Source: Octopus sinensis (Eukaryota). Taken from it: a stretch of DNA of 64,000 nt. The notes below the pieces were generated by a model. The model made no database searches. It was not told the origin of the DNA and saw nothing but the letters and a program-made list of their open reading frames with translations. The stretch lies in the NCBI RefSeq assembly GCF_006345805.1, contig NC_043001.1:103230001-103294000 (forward strand). The letters run 5' to 3'. A program made the translations under genes and the position numbers. Below, piece after piece: positions 14,085-28,245 of this stretch; within the stretch, counting starts at the first letter, position 1; each line of letters opens with the position of its first letter.

Positions 14085-14515
14085 GACCTACCAAAAAACT
14101 GAGCAAATATAAAGATCTTGAAATAGAAATCAGCAAAATGTGGAACCTGAAGACTAAAACAATGCCTGTTGTCATAGGTGCCCTGGGAATGATAGCGAAA
14201 GGGGCTGATTGCTACCTAACTCAGATACCAGGAAACCCCAAAATGGCAGAAATTCAAAAGACAGTGCTCATGGGAACTGCTCATATCCTACGCAAAATAC
14301 TCTCTATGTAATTCCAAGTTTAAAACAAACTTAAAAAAAAATTTTTTTTATGTATTAGACATTCACTAGTACAACACCAAAAAAAGCCCCAAATATATGG
14401 CACACTAGGCATAACAACAACATGAACTTCCAACCTGTTGTCTCTTGAGGTCTCTGGGTGAGACTTGGAGCCAACTTGTACAGACATAAAGCAAAAGTCA
14501 AACATAGAATAATAA
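14085..14515 (+). mobile_element. R4/Dong LINE 3' end in a (TAA)n array
   Basis: KLSKYKDLEIEISKMWNLKTKTMPVVIGALG...QKTVLMGTAHILRK, flanked by TAA repeats. Similar short ends occur at ~9345-9455 and ~28330-28440. Confidence 0.8.
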
Positions 14516-14552
14516 TAAGAATGATAATAATAATAAAATAATAATAATAATA

Positions 14553-14621
<69 letters not shown>

Positions 14622-15254
14622 TAATAATAAATAATAATAATAATAATAATAATGATAATAATAATAGTAAAACCTTATAATAAATCCTTATGCGTGCATT
14701 CATGCATGCACACCTGGATACAAAAATACGTATGTGCATACACATGTGTGAGTGCGCGTTTGTTTGTTTGATTGTTTGTGTGTATGAGCGCTATTTTACT
14801 AAAGATTATAATGTTTAAAATTTTTTTCAGCGTTCTTTTTAATAATTTAAAGATTAAGAATATGTTTCTGAAGAAAAAGAAAAAGAAGAAATAGAAGGCG
14901 AGTTGTCGAAGATCAGCAGACATCTTAACGAAAAACAGTGATTTTCATTTCGGCAGAGTTGTTTCCTATGAGATCGTGGGATTTTAATTATTTCCTTTTA
15001 CGGTTTTTACCACTATTTCCCCGTAATCATATAACATGTATTTAGTATCAGAGCCTGTAGCCATGTGTAATGCGCACATACATGCACACACATGCTTACA
15101 TACATGCATCAACACACGCTCACACACACACACGTACACACACATATATAATATAAAGGAAGATGTATAATTCTCCATTCTTTATGATCTCTTGATCATA
15201 TATATATATATATATATATACAGATATATATATATATGTATATGTGTGTGTGTG

Positions 15255-15319
<65 letters not shown>

Positions 15320-16194
15320 GTATATATGTATATATATATATATGTACACATATATATATATATGTATATATGTATATATGTATATATGTATATATATATA
15401 TGTACACACATATATATTGAATGTAAGAATGTGTGTGTGTGTGTGTGTGTGTAATTCAATTACTAGCGTTTTATAGATTTTACAATATTTTGTGAAAAAG
15501 AAATAAAAAGTTGTCCTCTCTGCTTTATTTCATTTTAATGTGAAAAGAATGAGGTAAATAGAAACCATAGAAGATTTTTCATGCTGACAAATCAACACCT
15601 CACAATATAAAACTTCCGCACACGTGCTTGTGTGTGTGAGTGTGTGTGTGTGAGTGTGTGTGTGCGCTTGTGTTCGTGCATACGCACTCATATTTCGATA
15701 TACAGACGCGGCTGTGTGGTAAGAAGCTTGCTTCTTAACCACATAGTTCCGAGTTCAGTCCAACTGCGTGGCACCACAGGCTCACCAAAGCCTTGTGAGC
15801 GGATTTGGCAGACGAATACTGAAAGAAGTCCGTCATGTATACGAGGCGGGTGGGGCTGAAAAGTTCCTGCTCTTAAAGACCTGGTTAAAGAGCCAACTTT
15901 CCAAGTTCCTCTTTCCATTTGTTCGTCGCACCGAGCCTCTCCGATTCAGACTGACTTCAATCTTTCATGCTTATCAAAACGTAAAAAAGAAAGACGTATT
16001 ATTTAAAACCATTAACGAGGGAAGAAGTGCAACTTTTTAGCTATTTCCTTTCTGAAGGAAATTTTCGCTTCCGTTTGTCATGTCGTCATGCTGACCGTTT
16101 GTTGAGCTCTTCTGAGTTAACCAAGTACACAATATCACTTTGACCCGTATGAAACTAATGGACGATAAGACAAAACTCATACATACATACATAT

Positions 16195-16247
<53 letters not shown>

Positions 16248-16267
16248 ATACATGCAAACATATATAT

Positions 16268-16431
16268 AGGCGCAGGCGTGGCTGTGTAGTAAGGTGCTTG
16301 GTTCCACACCACATGGTTCCGGGTTCAATCCTACTGCGTGACACCTTGGCCAAGTGTTTTCTACTACAGCCTCGGGCCAGCCAAAGCCTTGCGAGTGGAT
16401 TTGGTAAACGGAAACTGAAAGAAGCCCGTTG

Positions 16432-16511
<80 letters not shown>

Positions 16512-16775
16512 GTGTGTGTGTGTGAGTGTGTGTATATATCAATGTGTGTGTGTGTCGTTGTGTCTGCATTTGTCCTCTCATTACCACTTGGCAACCGATG
16601 TTTGTGCGTTTATGTCCTCGTATTTTAGCGTTTTTGCTAAAGTGACGGATCGGATAAGCACTAGGCTTTAAAAATGCCCTTGGGTCAATTTGTTCGTCTA
16701 AAACCCTTCAAGATTGTGTTCCAGCATGGCCGCAGTCAAATGACTGAAACAAGTAACAAAATGAAAGAATGAAAG
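16268..16775 (+). mobile_element. tRNA-derived SINE with internal (TA)/(GT) microsatellite
   Basis: GGCGTGGCTGTGTAGTAAG...GGTTCAATCC head and the shared 3' core. Confidence 0.75.
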
Positions 16776-17161
16776 AGTAAGCCCACTCCTACGTGTCGGG
16801 GTTCGTGTGTGTGTGTGTGTGGATCGGTGAAGGCAACATGATGTGTCGGACAAAATGATTTGCGGTGTCGTTCCGACTCGGTTATCTTCCTTTTATCCCA
16901 GATTAAGTTCGCATTTCGTCTCTGCACCGAACTCGGGAACAGAAGTCCAAGAATAAATAGTTGGGTTGACATAATCGACTTGGAGGCGGTGCCATAAAAT
17001 GGCTGAAACCTCATGACTAAAATTCTAATGTTAAATGCACACAATACGGTATTAGAATCAAACTATAAAAACAGAAAATGTTATGTAAAATAATTAAAAT
17101 CATATAATTTAAAACGAAACAGCTCTGATGGGGCGAAGTCACTATTTAACCTTCAGAAATA

Positions 17162-17353
17162 TGTCGTCGTCGTCGTCGTCGTCTTCTTCTTCTTCTTCTT
17201 CTTCTTCTTCTTCTTCTTCTTCTTCTTCTTCTTCTTCTTCTTCTTCTTCTTCTTCTTCTTCTTCTTCTTCTTCTTCTTCTTCTTCTTCTTCTTCTTCTTC
17301 TTCTTCTTCTCTTCTTCTTCTTCTTCTTCTTCTTCTTCTTCTTCTTCTTCTTC
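17162..17353. repeat. (TCT)n microsatellite
   Basis: Direct reading. A similar purine/pyrimidine tract lies at 21848-22045. Confidence 0.97.
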
Positions 17354-17398
17354 AAGAATAAAAGAATAAAAAAAGAATAAGTATGCATGTGTGTGTAA

Positions 17399-17435
<37 letters not shown>

Positions 17436-17541
17436 GTGTGTGTGTGTGTGTGTGTATATATATACATACATACACACATTGTGTGTGTGTGCATGCAGGC
17501 ACACACATTTCAATTTATAGGAATAAAGCGTGTAAGTGAAG

Positions 17542-17850
17542 GAGCGTGGCTTAGTGGTACGGGTATTTGACTCACGTGAGTTCGATACCTAGCGGTGTTT
17601 TGTGTCCTTGAGCAAGACACTTTATTTCACGTTGCTCCTGTCCACTCATCTGGCAAAAATTAGTTGTACCTGTATTTCAAAGGGCCAGCCTTGTCACACT
17701 CTGTGTCACGCTGAATCTCCCTGAGAACTACGTTAAGGGTACACGTGTCTGTGGAGTGCTCAGCCACATGAACGTTAATTTTACGAGCAGGCTGTTTTGT
17801 TGATCGGATGAACTGGAACCCTCATCGTCGTAACCAACGGTGTGCCAGGT
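17542..17850 (+). mobile_element. tRNA-derived SINE (second family)
   Basis: GGAGCGTGGCTTAGTGG...GTTCGATACC head. The tail is shared with 13720-13925 and 10680-10770. Confidence 0.7.
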
Positions 17851-18021
17851 GAGTTAACCATTTTATCGAATCAGGCCCAGAAGAAGAACACCATTATTGC
17901 ACTAAATGACCAAATTCAAATATTATTTATATTCAAGTCGTGTCCCCTTCGAAGTAGTCACCTTGCGAACGAGAGAGTCTTCTACGTTTGAATTTCATCT
18001 ATTTGCGTATATATATATATC

Positions 18022-18560
18022 ATACGAGGTTGGGAAGCAAAACTTGGAATTTTTTGTAAACCTAATCTTTTTATGTAGCATTGGTCTATTATAACATTAT
18101 TTTCTTTTTTATGTTCAGCATTAGTTCTCATCGTAATTTCATTTGCTTTTTCATGTACAAGTCCAGCCATGTCACCCCATGAAGCAAAGAGACAACGCAT
18201 TGTTTATTTGCTCCGAGCAGGAATTACCAAAAAACGAATTTCTGAGTTATGTAATGTGTCGTTAAGCTCATTTTACCACACCAAGAATCGTTTGGATAAC
18301 AACAGAGTCATTCAGGCGAAACAAGGTACTGGAAGAACCAATAATAAGCGAGATCCAGCGTTCTTGAAGGCGCTCAAATCTAAAATTTCGAAGGATCCAA
18401 TTACATCCATGAAGAAGTTGGTAATTGCCATGAAAGCTGATGCCAAGACTGGAAGAAATGCTGTTCACTACGATTTAGGCTTGCAATCCTATGCGCGAAC
18501 TCCAAGACTCCACCTGACCGACAGCCTGAAACCCAAGGGGCTTAAAAGCGTATTCTTGAA
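18022..18560 (+). mobile_element. Tc1/mariner-superfamily transposon 5' fragment (HTH region)
   Basis: TACGAGG terminus. ORF 18169-18585 has a paired-like HTH and GTGR motif; no catalytic domain. Confidence 0.7.
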
Positions 18561-19316
18561 AACAAGATTTTGTTGTAGGTTTTGACTACAAAAACTGATC
18601 AATCTATACCTCGGTATTGTTTAGCATATTCAAGATTTCATTTCTTTGGTATTATTTTTTGACCATTTTCTCCCAATTATCAACTTTGTCTTGGTATAAA
18701 TTATTACAGACTTCAAGTAATGGATCCGAGAGTCCTGCTTCCATTGGTATATTATCAAAAGCTGGTGCTTTGTCATTTCTTATCGATAAGTAAGGTCATT
18801 TTCGGTTGGCCTCTGATGTTTGATGGTCATCCAAATAACTTCGGGAAGTGATCCTTCAACTTTTTAAAGTTTAGTTTTCAGGATCTTTTACGTTTCGTTT
18901 TCCTCTATCGGTTTTCTTTCTCCGTGTTATTTCATTCACAGTTGTTCATGTTAGGAAAAAGCTACCGATTTTCTGAAGCATTTTGGATAATAATTCTTTT
19001 ATCCTGAAGATATTCTTCAAATTCTTGTTCAGAAGTTCCATTTAGTTGTTTTAAGTAATAGAATGCTGTTCTGTTAGATCTCATGAGTATATTGATTTTA
19101 CTTGTAGCATTGCAGAATTCCTTCGGTTCTCTTTTATCTCCTTGCTTTCCTATGGGATACGAATCTTTTGTCTTTCTTTCTTTCTCCTCGTGGAATATCT
19201 TCTGTATTTTCCCGTATATATATATACATACATACATACATACATATATATATATATATTATATATATATATATATATAGATATATATATATATATATAT
19301 AATATATATATATATA

Positions 19317-19360
<44 letters not shown>

Positions 19361-20524
19361 TGTGTGTGTGTGTGTGTGTGGTGTGGTGTGTGTGTGTTAC
19401 AACAAGCAGAGTTGGTATTTTTAACATAATTTAACACTTGCAATGCGAAGAAGAGACATTTGCATCAATCGTATATGAATCCTTCATATAACTGCATCAT
19501 TGGCAAGTTCTCTCCGGTCGTAATATTTTAATATTTTATTCATGCTTAGCATAAACGTTCCCGTCACAATTCGCGGGGCAAACTTGAAAAGTAGAAACTT
19601 TGCCTTTCACAACACTATTTTCTCATTTGTTCGTTGATTCGAATGTGATCTCGCTGTGTCCTGTTGCTGAGGATGAGAACGTTACTGCTTGCCTTTCCTC
19701 TCTGTATTTTCGACTTCAATTGATCATTTCACATTCTGTTTCACATTCTGGCATTGTGGATGGAAAGTTCGAAGAGAGAAAATGAAGAATTGTATTGTTA
19801 TGGCCATCATTGGACAAGATGTCAACAAAATGGGAAACATATTTATGCCACAGAACCTCTCAAAACTAGAAACCAATATTTAAGCATTATCTAAGCCTAA
19901 TTAGGTTACCTATGAAGAAGAAAACCAAACAATACCAAGTAAGCGATCCCCACAGATCATGAATTCACAAACATTTTCCTCTTTACAAGAATGTTCACCG
20001 ACCTAGAATAACGAGACTAAGTTAGAAATTCACAATCGAGCATAACATATATGCATTCTCATCATCAGCTGCCCAAACATATATCACTGTGGTTTCGACA
20101 CCCGAGAAGGCCTCAAAATACTGTTCTTAGAGTTACTGTAGAAGGCGCAATGATATATGGATCTGAATTCTAGGCACTTAAGAAAGTAACAGAAAACAGG
20201 CTAGGGTGAACAACGTTTCTAGAGAACAAAATTCACCGATCAGAGTATTATAAAGGAAATATACCCTTATTAAAAGTAACCATCAAACACCGCAGACTTA
20301 AGTTTGTGGTACACCTGGTGGCGAAGGAAAAATATGTAGTTGTACGTTAAATATTACTATAATAAGCAACATGTGGTAGAAAATAAGAAGAGGCAGACCT
20401 TGTCGAACATGTGGCAGTGGTTCATGGAGGGTAGAAATCTTGGGAAAAATTGTGTTGCGGAAAAGATGGAGGACAGAAAAATGTGGAGGAGACAATAGAA
20501 TTGAGGTACGCTTGACAGGCTTAT

Positions 20525-21170
20525 ATGCATGCATGCAGACATATATACATATACACATACAAGCATACATACATTCACACACATACATACATACGTACAT
20601 ACACACACACTTACATACATACGTACGTACATGGATGCATGCATACATACACACACATACATACATACACACATACACACATACATACATACATACATAC
20701 ATACAAACATACATACACACACATACATACAAACATACATACATACATACACATACATACATACATACACACATACATACACACATACACACATACATAC
20801 ACATATACATACACACATACATACAAACATACATACACACACATACATACAAACATATATACATACATACATACACACATACATACACACATACATACAT
20901 ACATACATATACATACATACATACATACAAACATACATACATACACACATACATACATACATACACACACATACATACACATATACATACACACATACAT
21001 ACAACATACATACACACACATACATACATACATATACATACATACATACACACATACATACACACATACATACATACATACATACATACATACATACATA
21101 CATACATACATACATACATACATACATACACGCACATATATATACATACAAACAAACATGCATACAAGGC
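20525..21170. repeat. (CATA)n/(CA)n compound microsatellite, ~640 bp
   Basis: Direct reading; source of six spurious ORFs. Confidence 0.97.
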
Positions 21171-21620
21171 TAAATAAATTGGAAGGTATAATGAATAAAC
21201 GCTCTAATTGGTCAAAACAACTTTATAACGTTCGCATATTATCACAAATCGAACATAAATAAATATTTTTCGGTTTATCGAAATTATAAAATTATCCTCA
21301 TATGCATACAAGGCAACGTACCTACAAGTTTACGATTTTACACAAAAATCTAGAACTACTAGGTTTTCTTGAAAAAGTGCGAAAGGTGCAAATTGTCCGA
21401 ATGTATTCTATTGGTGGCACATTGAGGGTTTGTGTGACATTCGAAAGATTACCTGAGGTACTTGGATGTCTGCATCGTCAGTCCAACCGAGACCCTAACT
21501 CGACCCTATATATACACACGCCGGGAGCTCTCTGAACACCAAAGTCCTGTTGCTTTGTCAATGACAAGCTTGAACTCCCTGACGAGGAACTGAAACTCAA
21601 GAAAAATCATACATATATGC

Positions 21621-21703
<83 letters not shown>

Positions 21704-22709
21704 AACATACACACACTCACATGTGTGTGTGTTTGTGTGTGTGTGTGTGACCCACCAATTTTGTGCCTCCTGTCTGAAATAATACAATTAAATATTAACG
21801 TTGCCACATTCCTCTGAGGCAGTCATTTATAAAGTGACGCCAGCTGATTCTTCTTCTCCTTCTTCTTCTTCTTCTTCTTCTTCTTCTTCTTCTTCTTCTT
21901 CTTCTTCTTCTCCTTCTTCTTCTTCTTCTTCTTCTTCTTCTTCTTCTCTTCTTCTCTTCTTCTTCTTCTTCTTCTTCCTCCCCTTCTCCTTCTTCTTCTT
22001 CTTCTTCTTCTTCCTCCTCCTCCTCCTCCCATCCCCCCTCCTCCTCTGCTCTGGTCCCTGTCGACAACAGGGGAGAACTTCATCGGTCGCTCGAAGCAGC
22101 TTCATTGTATTTCTTTGGTAAATTCAGGAGATGAGCAAGGGAAACAGTAGAAACGCCAGCAGTTTCGGATAAACCAATAAGAAACCTGTTCTCTCCAATG
22201 GACGATTGGCGAAAATCTATAACACTCTTTGCTCCACAATCTACAATTTCCAACGCAACTTGTATTTGCTTAAAGCGAACGAAGTCAAACTTTTAAAAAC
22301 TTCTGCTTTATTGATCTATCGACTCAACAACTTTTGATTCTGGCTTTTGTTTCACAATGTTTCTTTCAATTGAAATAGTTTAATCGACGATATATTTGTT
22401 GCATCGTCATCTGTATATCGGCGATCTGAACAGAAATTAACTGGACAGTAGGGGGGAATATATGTCCAAAAGCGTTACATTAGGTTCCGTATGATTCCTT
22501 CCCGCATATCTGAGTGAGCAGTACCGTTCTTAACCAGACAGATTTGGAATAATAAATCTTAGCTCGATTTGTTCTTCTGGGACATGGCTGACTTACAACA
22601 CAACAACAACAACACAACAACAACAACAATAACAACAACAACAACAACACAACAACAACAACAACACAACAGCAACAGTTTCGCTGTTCTTTTGATTTGT
22701 TACTCCAGC

Positions 22710-23190
22710 TATCAGGTTGGTGCAAAGGTAATGGACAATTTTAAGGTCTCTATTAAAAATTAAAAAGCCCATGATTAAGACTATATTTATTCGTTACCAT
22801 AATTTCCATTGCATTCTAGAACTTCCTTCCATCTGTCAACAAGCTTATAAATGCCTTGCTTGTAAAATTGTTTAGATTTTGATGCGAAATATGAATCCAA
22901 CTAATTTCCAGCCTCTTCTCCTGATGTCAACCTAAAACCATTCAAATGGTTCTGTAGTCCCTGAAACAAGTGATAATCAGAAGGAGCAAAGCGAGGAAAA
23001 TATGGAGGATGAAGCAATATTTCCCAACCAAGTTCTTCCAAGAGATCTTTGGTCAGTCTAACTGTGTGAAGACAAGCATTATCATGGTGGAACATGACAC
23101 CCTTTCTTTTGACTAAACAGGGCCGCTTTCTATTCAAAGCAGCTTTCAAACGATGAAGTTGATCACAGTAGAGATTAACAGTAATCCCAG
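22710..23190 (-). mobile_element. Truncated mariner (one TIR plus transposase C-terminus)
   Basis: TATCAGGTTGGTGCAAA terminus; HHDNA and HPPY..FAPSDYHLF motifs. Confidence 0.85.
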
Positions 23191-24398
23191 CCAACCAACC
23201 AACCTACCTACCTACCTACCTACCTACCTACCTACCTACCTACCTACCTACCTACCAACCTACCTACCTACCTATATAACGGGAAGCTTTATGAAAATAG
23301 ACAAAAGACGAAGGCAGGTGGGAAACAAACAAACAATTGTATTAGTATGGCGCTCAGGAAATATAAATAAAACAAGTTATATACATACATACCTACCCAC
23401 CTACCTCCTACCTAATTTATTGTTTATTTATTTGTCCCCATCTTAATTATTTTCATTGCAAAAGGGATTGTGATTGTTTCCCTTTGTATTCTTCATATTT
23501 TCCGGATTTCTATTTTTTGGAAATCTTCTCAAGAATGCTGGACGTGGGGGGGGGGATTACTCGTACAATTAGAAATTTCTCCTAGAATGTCTCTTTTCTA
23601 TCAACTTTGATATCTTTGTCTATTTGATTGGTGTATACCAGAGTTAAGAACTTTTGTCATTCTCCAGGACCTCTCCCGGTGCATATTTTTACCACTTCCT
23701 TTCTTTTAGTACTTCGCAATGCCGTCATAGTTTCCCGTGTATAAAAGCCTCAGTTCTTTTATGTCTGCAGACTTGGTAACCATTGTCAGTTACTTCAGCA
23801 CAACCTCCAGATTTTTTTAGTTATTTAATATATCCTGTTTAATGCATCCTGTTTCATTTCATATTTTGATGGTTTCTACTGAGAAGCCTTTAATTCCGTT
23901 CCGCAAGCGAATATTTTTCAGTCTCACTTTCTACATATATTTTCAATCTGTTCATATTTATTTTTCAAATATTAATGTTAAACAAAAAATTCTGTAATTG
24001 GTATTCTGTAACTTCATCTTATTTAAATTCTTTCAAAATTACATTGTTGTGGAGGGAGGGAGTTGGTCGGGGTGTGAAGCAATTTCTATTAGTTTCTTTT
24101 GCTTTTTAACAATATTTTTATAATCCTAAAATGAGGATTTGATAATAAATTTCTAGTTCCAGAATTAACTTATATCTCACTATTCGTGGTTAATATAACT
24201 TTTATATGTTTTCTTATTTCTGGGTTCTTTATTAAAAATACAGTCCTTATTTGTCTTCTTTTCTCGTTCAATCATGTGGATTTCTTTAGTTTCTAATTAA
24301 AAACAACAAATTATTACTGGAAGCGTTGTTGCCCATTATATTATTTTATTCTCTTAGTTATGTCTGCGTCTATAGTATTCCGCCAAAGTCATTTACTT

Positions 24399-26236
24399 AC
24401 CGTATTTTAACGTGTATAAGGAATTCTCGTGTATAAGGAGACCCCTTATTTTTGAGGCTTAAAATTTGGAAAAAAGGTTTTGTAAGGGATTATGAGGATC
24501 TTTTCTTTTTGAAAGCCAGATTTTTCAAACTAAATAATTTGAAACTTCGTATACTGGTAGAATGTTTCAAAAGAAAACAATAATTTCAACTAGTTTTTTT
24601 GACAAAAATGTATTTTATAAGTTTATACGTAGTTTAAATCTGCGAATTTTAACCAATCGTATTCTCTGTATTCAGTTGAAATTATTTGCTCCGTCTAAAC
24701 ATATTGTTACTGTGACGTAAACAGCACACACGTACTGTTTACTTTAGATGAATAATAAACACATATTCAGTGTTTTTGTATAGGCTTCGGGTGTTTTCTC
24801 TATACAATGTATATATTTACTATAAACTTGTGCACACGCTTTGATTCTTCAGTTTGACACACGCCTTGAACCAGTTATTTGGCTTGTATGCACCCACATA
24901 CACACACGTACCCATCCATACGCATACTCGCACATAATCAGGGCCCCTCTGCGTTTTCGCTCGTCGATGTGCTAGGAATAACACCCAAATCCCCTTAAAA
25001 CCATATACTACTGGGTTAAAGGAAGGGTACATTGGCTAATATAATCATAGATGCTATATCTGAAAAAAAGGGGGGGGGCGCAAAAATACGGGTTGGTCAT
25101 AGTTGGAACCCTTTGATCCTCAACCGGGTTTATCAGGATGACCTGAGTTAAATAGCAATAACAATATATTTGTAATATTGATTATAGACACAAAGAATAT
25201 ATTTTGGGGTGAGTGGAGGGTATAATCATTTATATCGATCTCCAATACTTGATCGATGTATTTTCTCGAGCGTGGAAGAACAGACGGCTTGTTTTGAATT
25301 CCGGTGAGGGTTGAAACCCGAACGTATAGGACCGTATCCCTAAACATTCTAACAGTCCTTTACCAAGCCCTTGTCAGCATGTAATATCATCTGATCCACA
25401 TTATCTCTCTATTATTTGTCCACGCGTAAAAATATATCATCAAGGTGACATAGTTAAACTTCGACGAAAAATATAATGTAAAGCTGGCAGAATCGGTAGT
25501 GCATCGGATAAAATGCCTAGCGTCATTTCTTACGAATCTTTACGTTCCGTGTTCGAATATTGCTGAGCTTTCCTTCTTTCGGGCGGCGCTTATAGAATAA
25601 GTACCAGTTGAATACAATCGACTAGTTCTTCCCATCAGCTTCAGGCCTTGTACTTACTGGGGAAAGAAATATTATTAAGGAAGGGGGTGGGCAGTTAAAA
25701 TGTTTTAAAACGTGGATTTTTCAGAAAAATAAGATTTAATGCGAATTACATGTATTTTAGAGTGACGAAAATTACCGAAACCCCTCCAAAAATTTACCAT
25801 CGAAATTTCATTTTATTCTCGACAGCTATTTCGAAAGCCCGCCGTATTTTTATTATTATTCTGTCTGTTTAGGACTTTTTTTACATTTAGATAGGTTAAC
25901 TACGTCACAAAATAGCTGCTTACGTCACAGTAACAATATTTTGAGAAGCAGTAAATAATATGAGGCCGAAAGAAAGAATATCATTGGTTAAAATTCGAAT
26001 TTTTAAACAAGGTTAAACTTAGAAATTACAATTCCGTTTTCATTTTGGTTTACAATTATGTTTTCTTTTGACACATTCTACCAGTATACGAAGTTTCAAA
26101 TTGTTTAGTTAACTAGGAAAATCTGGCTTTCAAAAGGAAAAGATCCGATTATGATACTAACCATATATAAGAAACTCCCATATTTTTAAACCTAATTTTG
26201 ACAAAAATGTGTTCCTTATACACGTTAAAATACGGT
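24399..26236. mobile_element. Non-autonomous pogo/Tc1-type DNA transposon with long imperfect TIRs
   Basis: ACCGTATTTTAACGTGTATAAGG at the left end and its reverse complement at the right. Further inverted blocks at ~24510-24580/26040-26130 and ~24700/25915. Confidence 0.72.
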
Positions 26237-27094
26237 GATTGTGTATGTTTCGTAATTCTGCCTCCGTTTAGGCTGATTTTCTAATTTCTGTGTCGTATCG
26301 AACTTGTTAGTGTTTTTCTTAACTTTCCTCTCTTTTCAGTTGCCATAACGCTACATTTTCCTAAACGTGAACTCACAACGCAGATACAGAGTAAACGCTG
26401 CCAAGCATTTCCCCCAGCGTGCTGACCATTCTGCTAGCTCGTCGTCTTCTTTGTTCATTCTCTATTAATTTCTTGCAATCTTACTTTTAACATTCCATAT
26501 TGTTTTGCAAAATTCTCCTAATCCATTTCAAATTATTTCTATAATTTCACTTTTAGCTTTGTTTAATTAATAGAAAAATACCTGTACGTTGACGGTGAGG
26601 CAGTGGTTTTGCTCATAGAAGAAACTGCATTTTCTCAAATCTTCTGAATCTCTGTTTTGGAGCAAAGGCCTCTTAAGCTTCTCTGCTATCTACTTCATCA
26701 TTTGAAATTGTATGCTTTTACGTATCTATCGTTGTTTGCTTGGACTTTCTTTCATATCTCTGCCCTCTCTTCTAATTTCACATAGGTCAAAAAAGTATTA
26801 TCATTTTCGTTCTATTCCTTATATTTTGTCCTTTCAATTTGTTCTTCAGGGAATTTACATTATTTCAATTTATTTTCTACTCAAATCCATTCTCACGAGA
26901 AAAAGGAATTATGTCAGTTTCACGAAGAAACTAATTTAGTTTTCCGCCTTCTACTTCGTTATCTGAAAGATTGCTTTGTTGAAAACTGCTCGTTTTTGTT
27001 TCATTTCGTTTCCTCTCTACTTTCAGCTTTTTAATAATCGATACACCTTAAAATTACTCATTAAACTGTTGGAAGAGAAAACAATCCTAACATC

Positions 27095-28245
27095 GGGTTG
27101 CAACAAGTTGCCTTAGATGCCAAAAACACTCCTACCGGGTTACAGTAAGTTACCTTAGACGCCAAAAACCTTCTTAAATATTCTAGCTGTCCCTAATAAC
27201 ACTGTTTTCTGGAGCTGTACTAAACTGGGTTTTATCCCAGTTTCCTCTGTCCACCTGTTCAGATCTTTAGGGATAGTCCCTAATACACCTATAACTACTG
27301 AAATACATTTTACCCGCGCTTTTCATCATATCTGTAATTCAATAGCTTGGTCCTAATACTTCGCTATTTTTTCTATACTTCTCATATTTATTCATCATTT
27401 GGGACTATGAAGTCAATTATCTGGTACTTTCTATTCTCTTAATCTACTGCTACCAAATCAGCCCTTCTAGCTTCTATTACTCTGTCAGTCTGAATGTTAA
27501 AGTCGCACAACATCTTGTGCTTCTTTCTTTATAGTACTTTACTAGATTCATGTTCATACCATGTTCATACTATATGAGTAACACTTTCCTCTTTTGATTT
27601 GCATAATCTACATTGGGAATCTACTTGGTTTTTATCTATTTTGACTTTTATCCAGTTATTCCTTAATGCTTGATCTTGTGCAGCTACTAACAAACTTTCT
27701 GTCTCTCTCTAGCTTTCTTTTCTGCAGTCATAACCATGTTTCACTACTATTTGCTGAAACCATCTTTGGGAATCTACCATGCAACGCCTTCTCCTGCCAG
27801 TCAGATAATTTCTGTTCTTTTTCTGGTTTTTGACTTCATTTGGTGTTTTTGGTTTCCCTATGTCTTGCTGTGACTCTAGCAGATTTTGATAAACTTTCTT
27901 CACTATTTCCTACATAGGAGTCTATATCTTCTCTAACTAACTCAACACAGTCTTCCACTGATATTAACCCCATTCCGCCTTCCTTTATAGGAAGGTATAA
28001 TCTTGCTACTCCAGCCCTTGGGTGGAGTCCTCCATTCATATTGAATTCCTTCCTAGTTCTTCTGTCTAGCTTTGCTAATTCAGTTTTTGTCCAATCTACA
28101 AAAGTTGCTGAATATCTAAGTAATGATACTGCCCAAGCGTTTACAACCTTCACTAGATTCGGACCGTTTAGTTTTGACTTCATTAGCTTCCTCATCCTTC
28201 TGATGAACTCCTTCTCAATTTTCGTTTTCCATTTCTATAGTTAGT
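27095..28245 (-). mobile_element. Decayed R4/Dong-type LINE (RT C-terminus plus restriction-like endonuclease)
   Basis: AVSLLRYSA..W...L..LDRRTRK...GGLHPRAGVARLYLP..EGGMGL; 3' end reads LQKTVLLGTARI. Confidence 0.85.

Noticed and set aside
6109-21262. Many long ORFs such as MYVCMYVC..., HTYIHTYI..., poly-S/K/R/I
   Set aside because: They are translations of (TATG)n, (CA)n, (TCT)n and (TAA)n microsatellites, open in several frames, with no coding signal.
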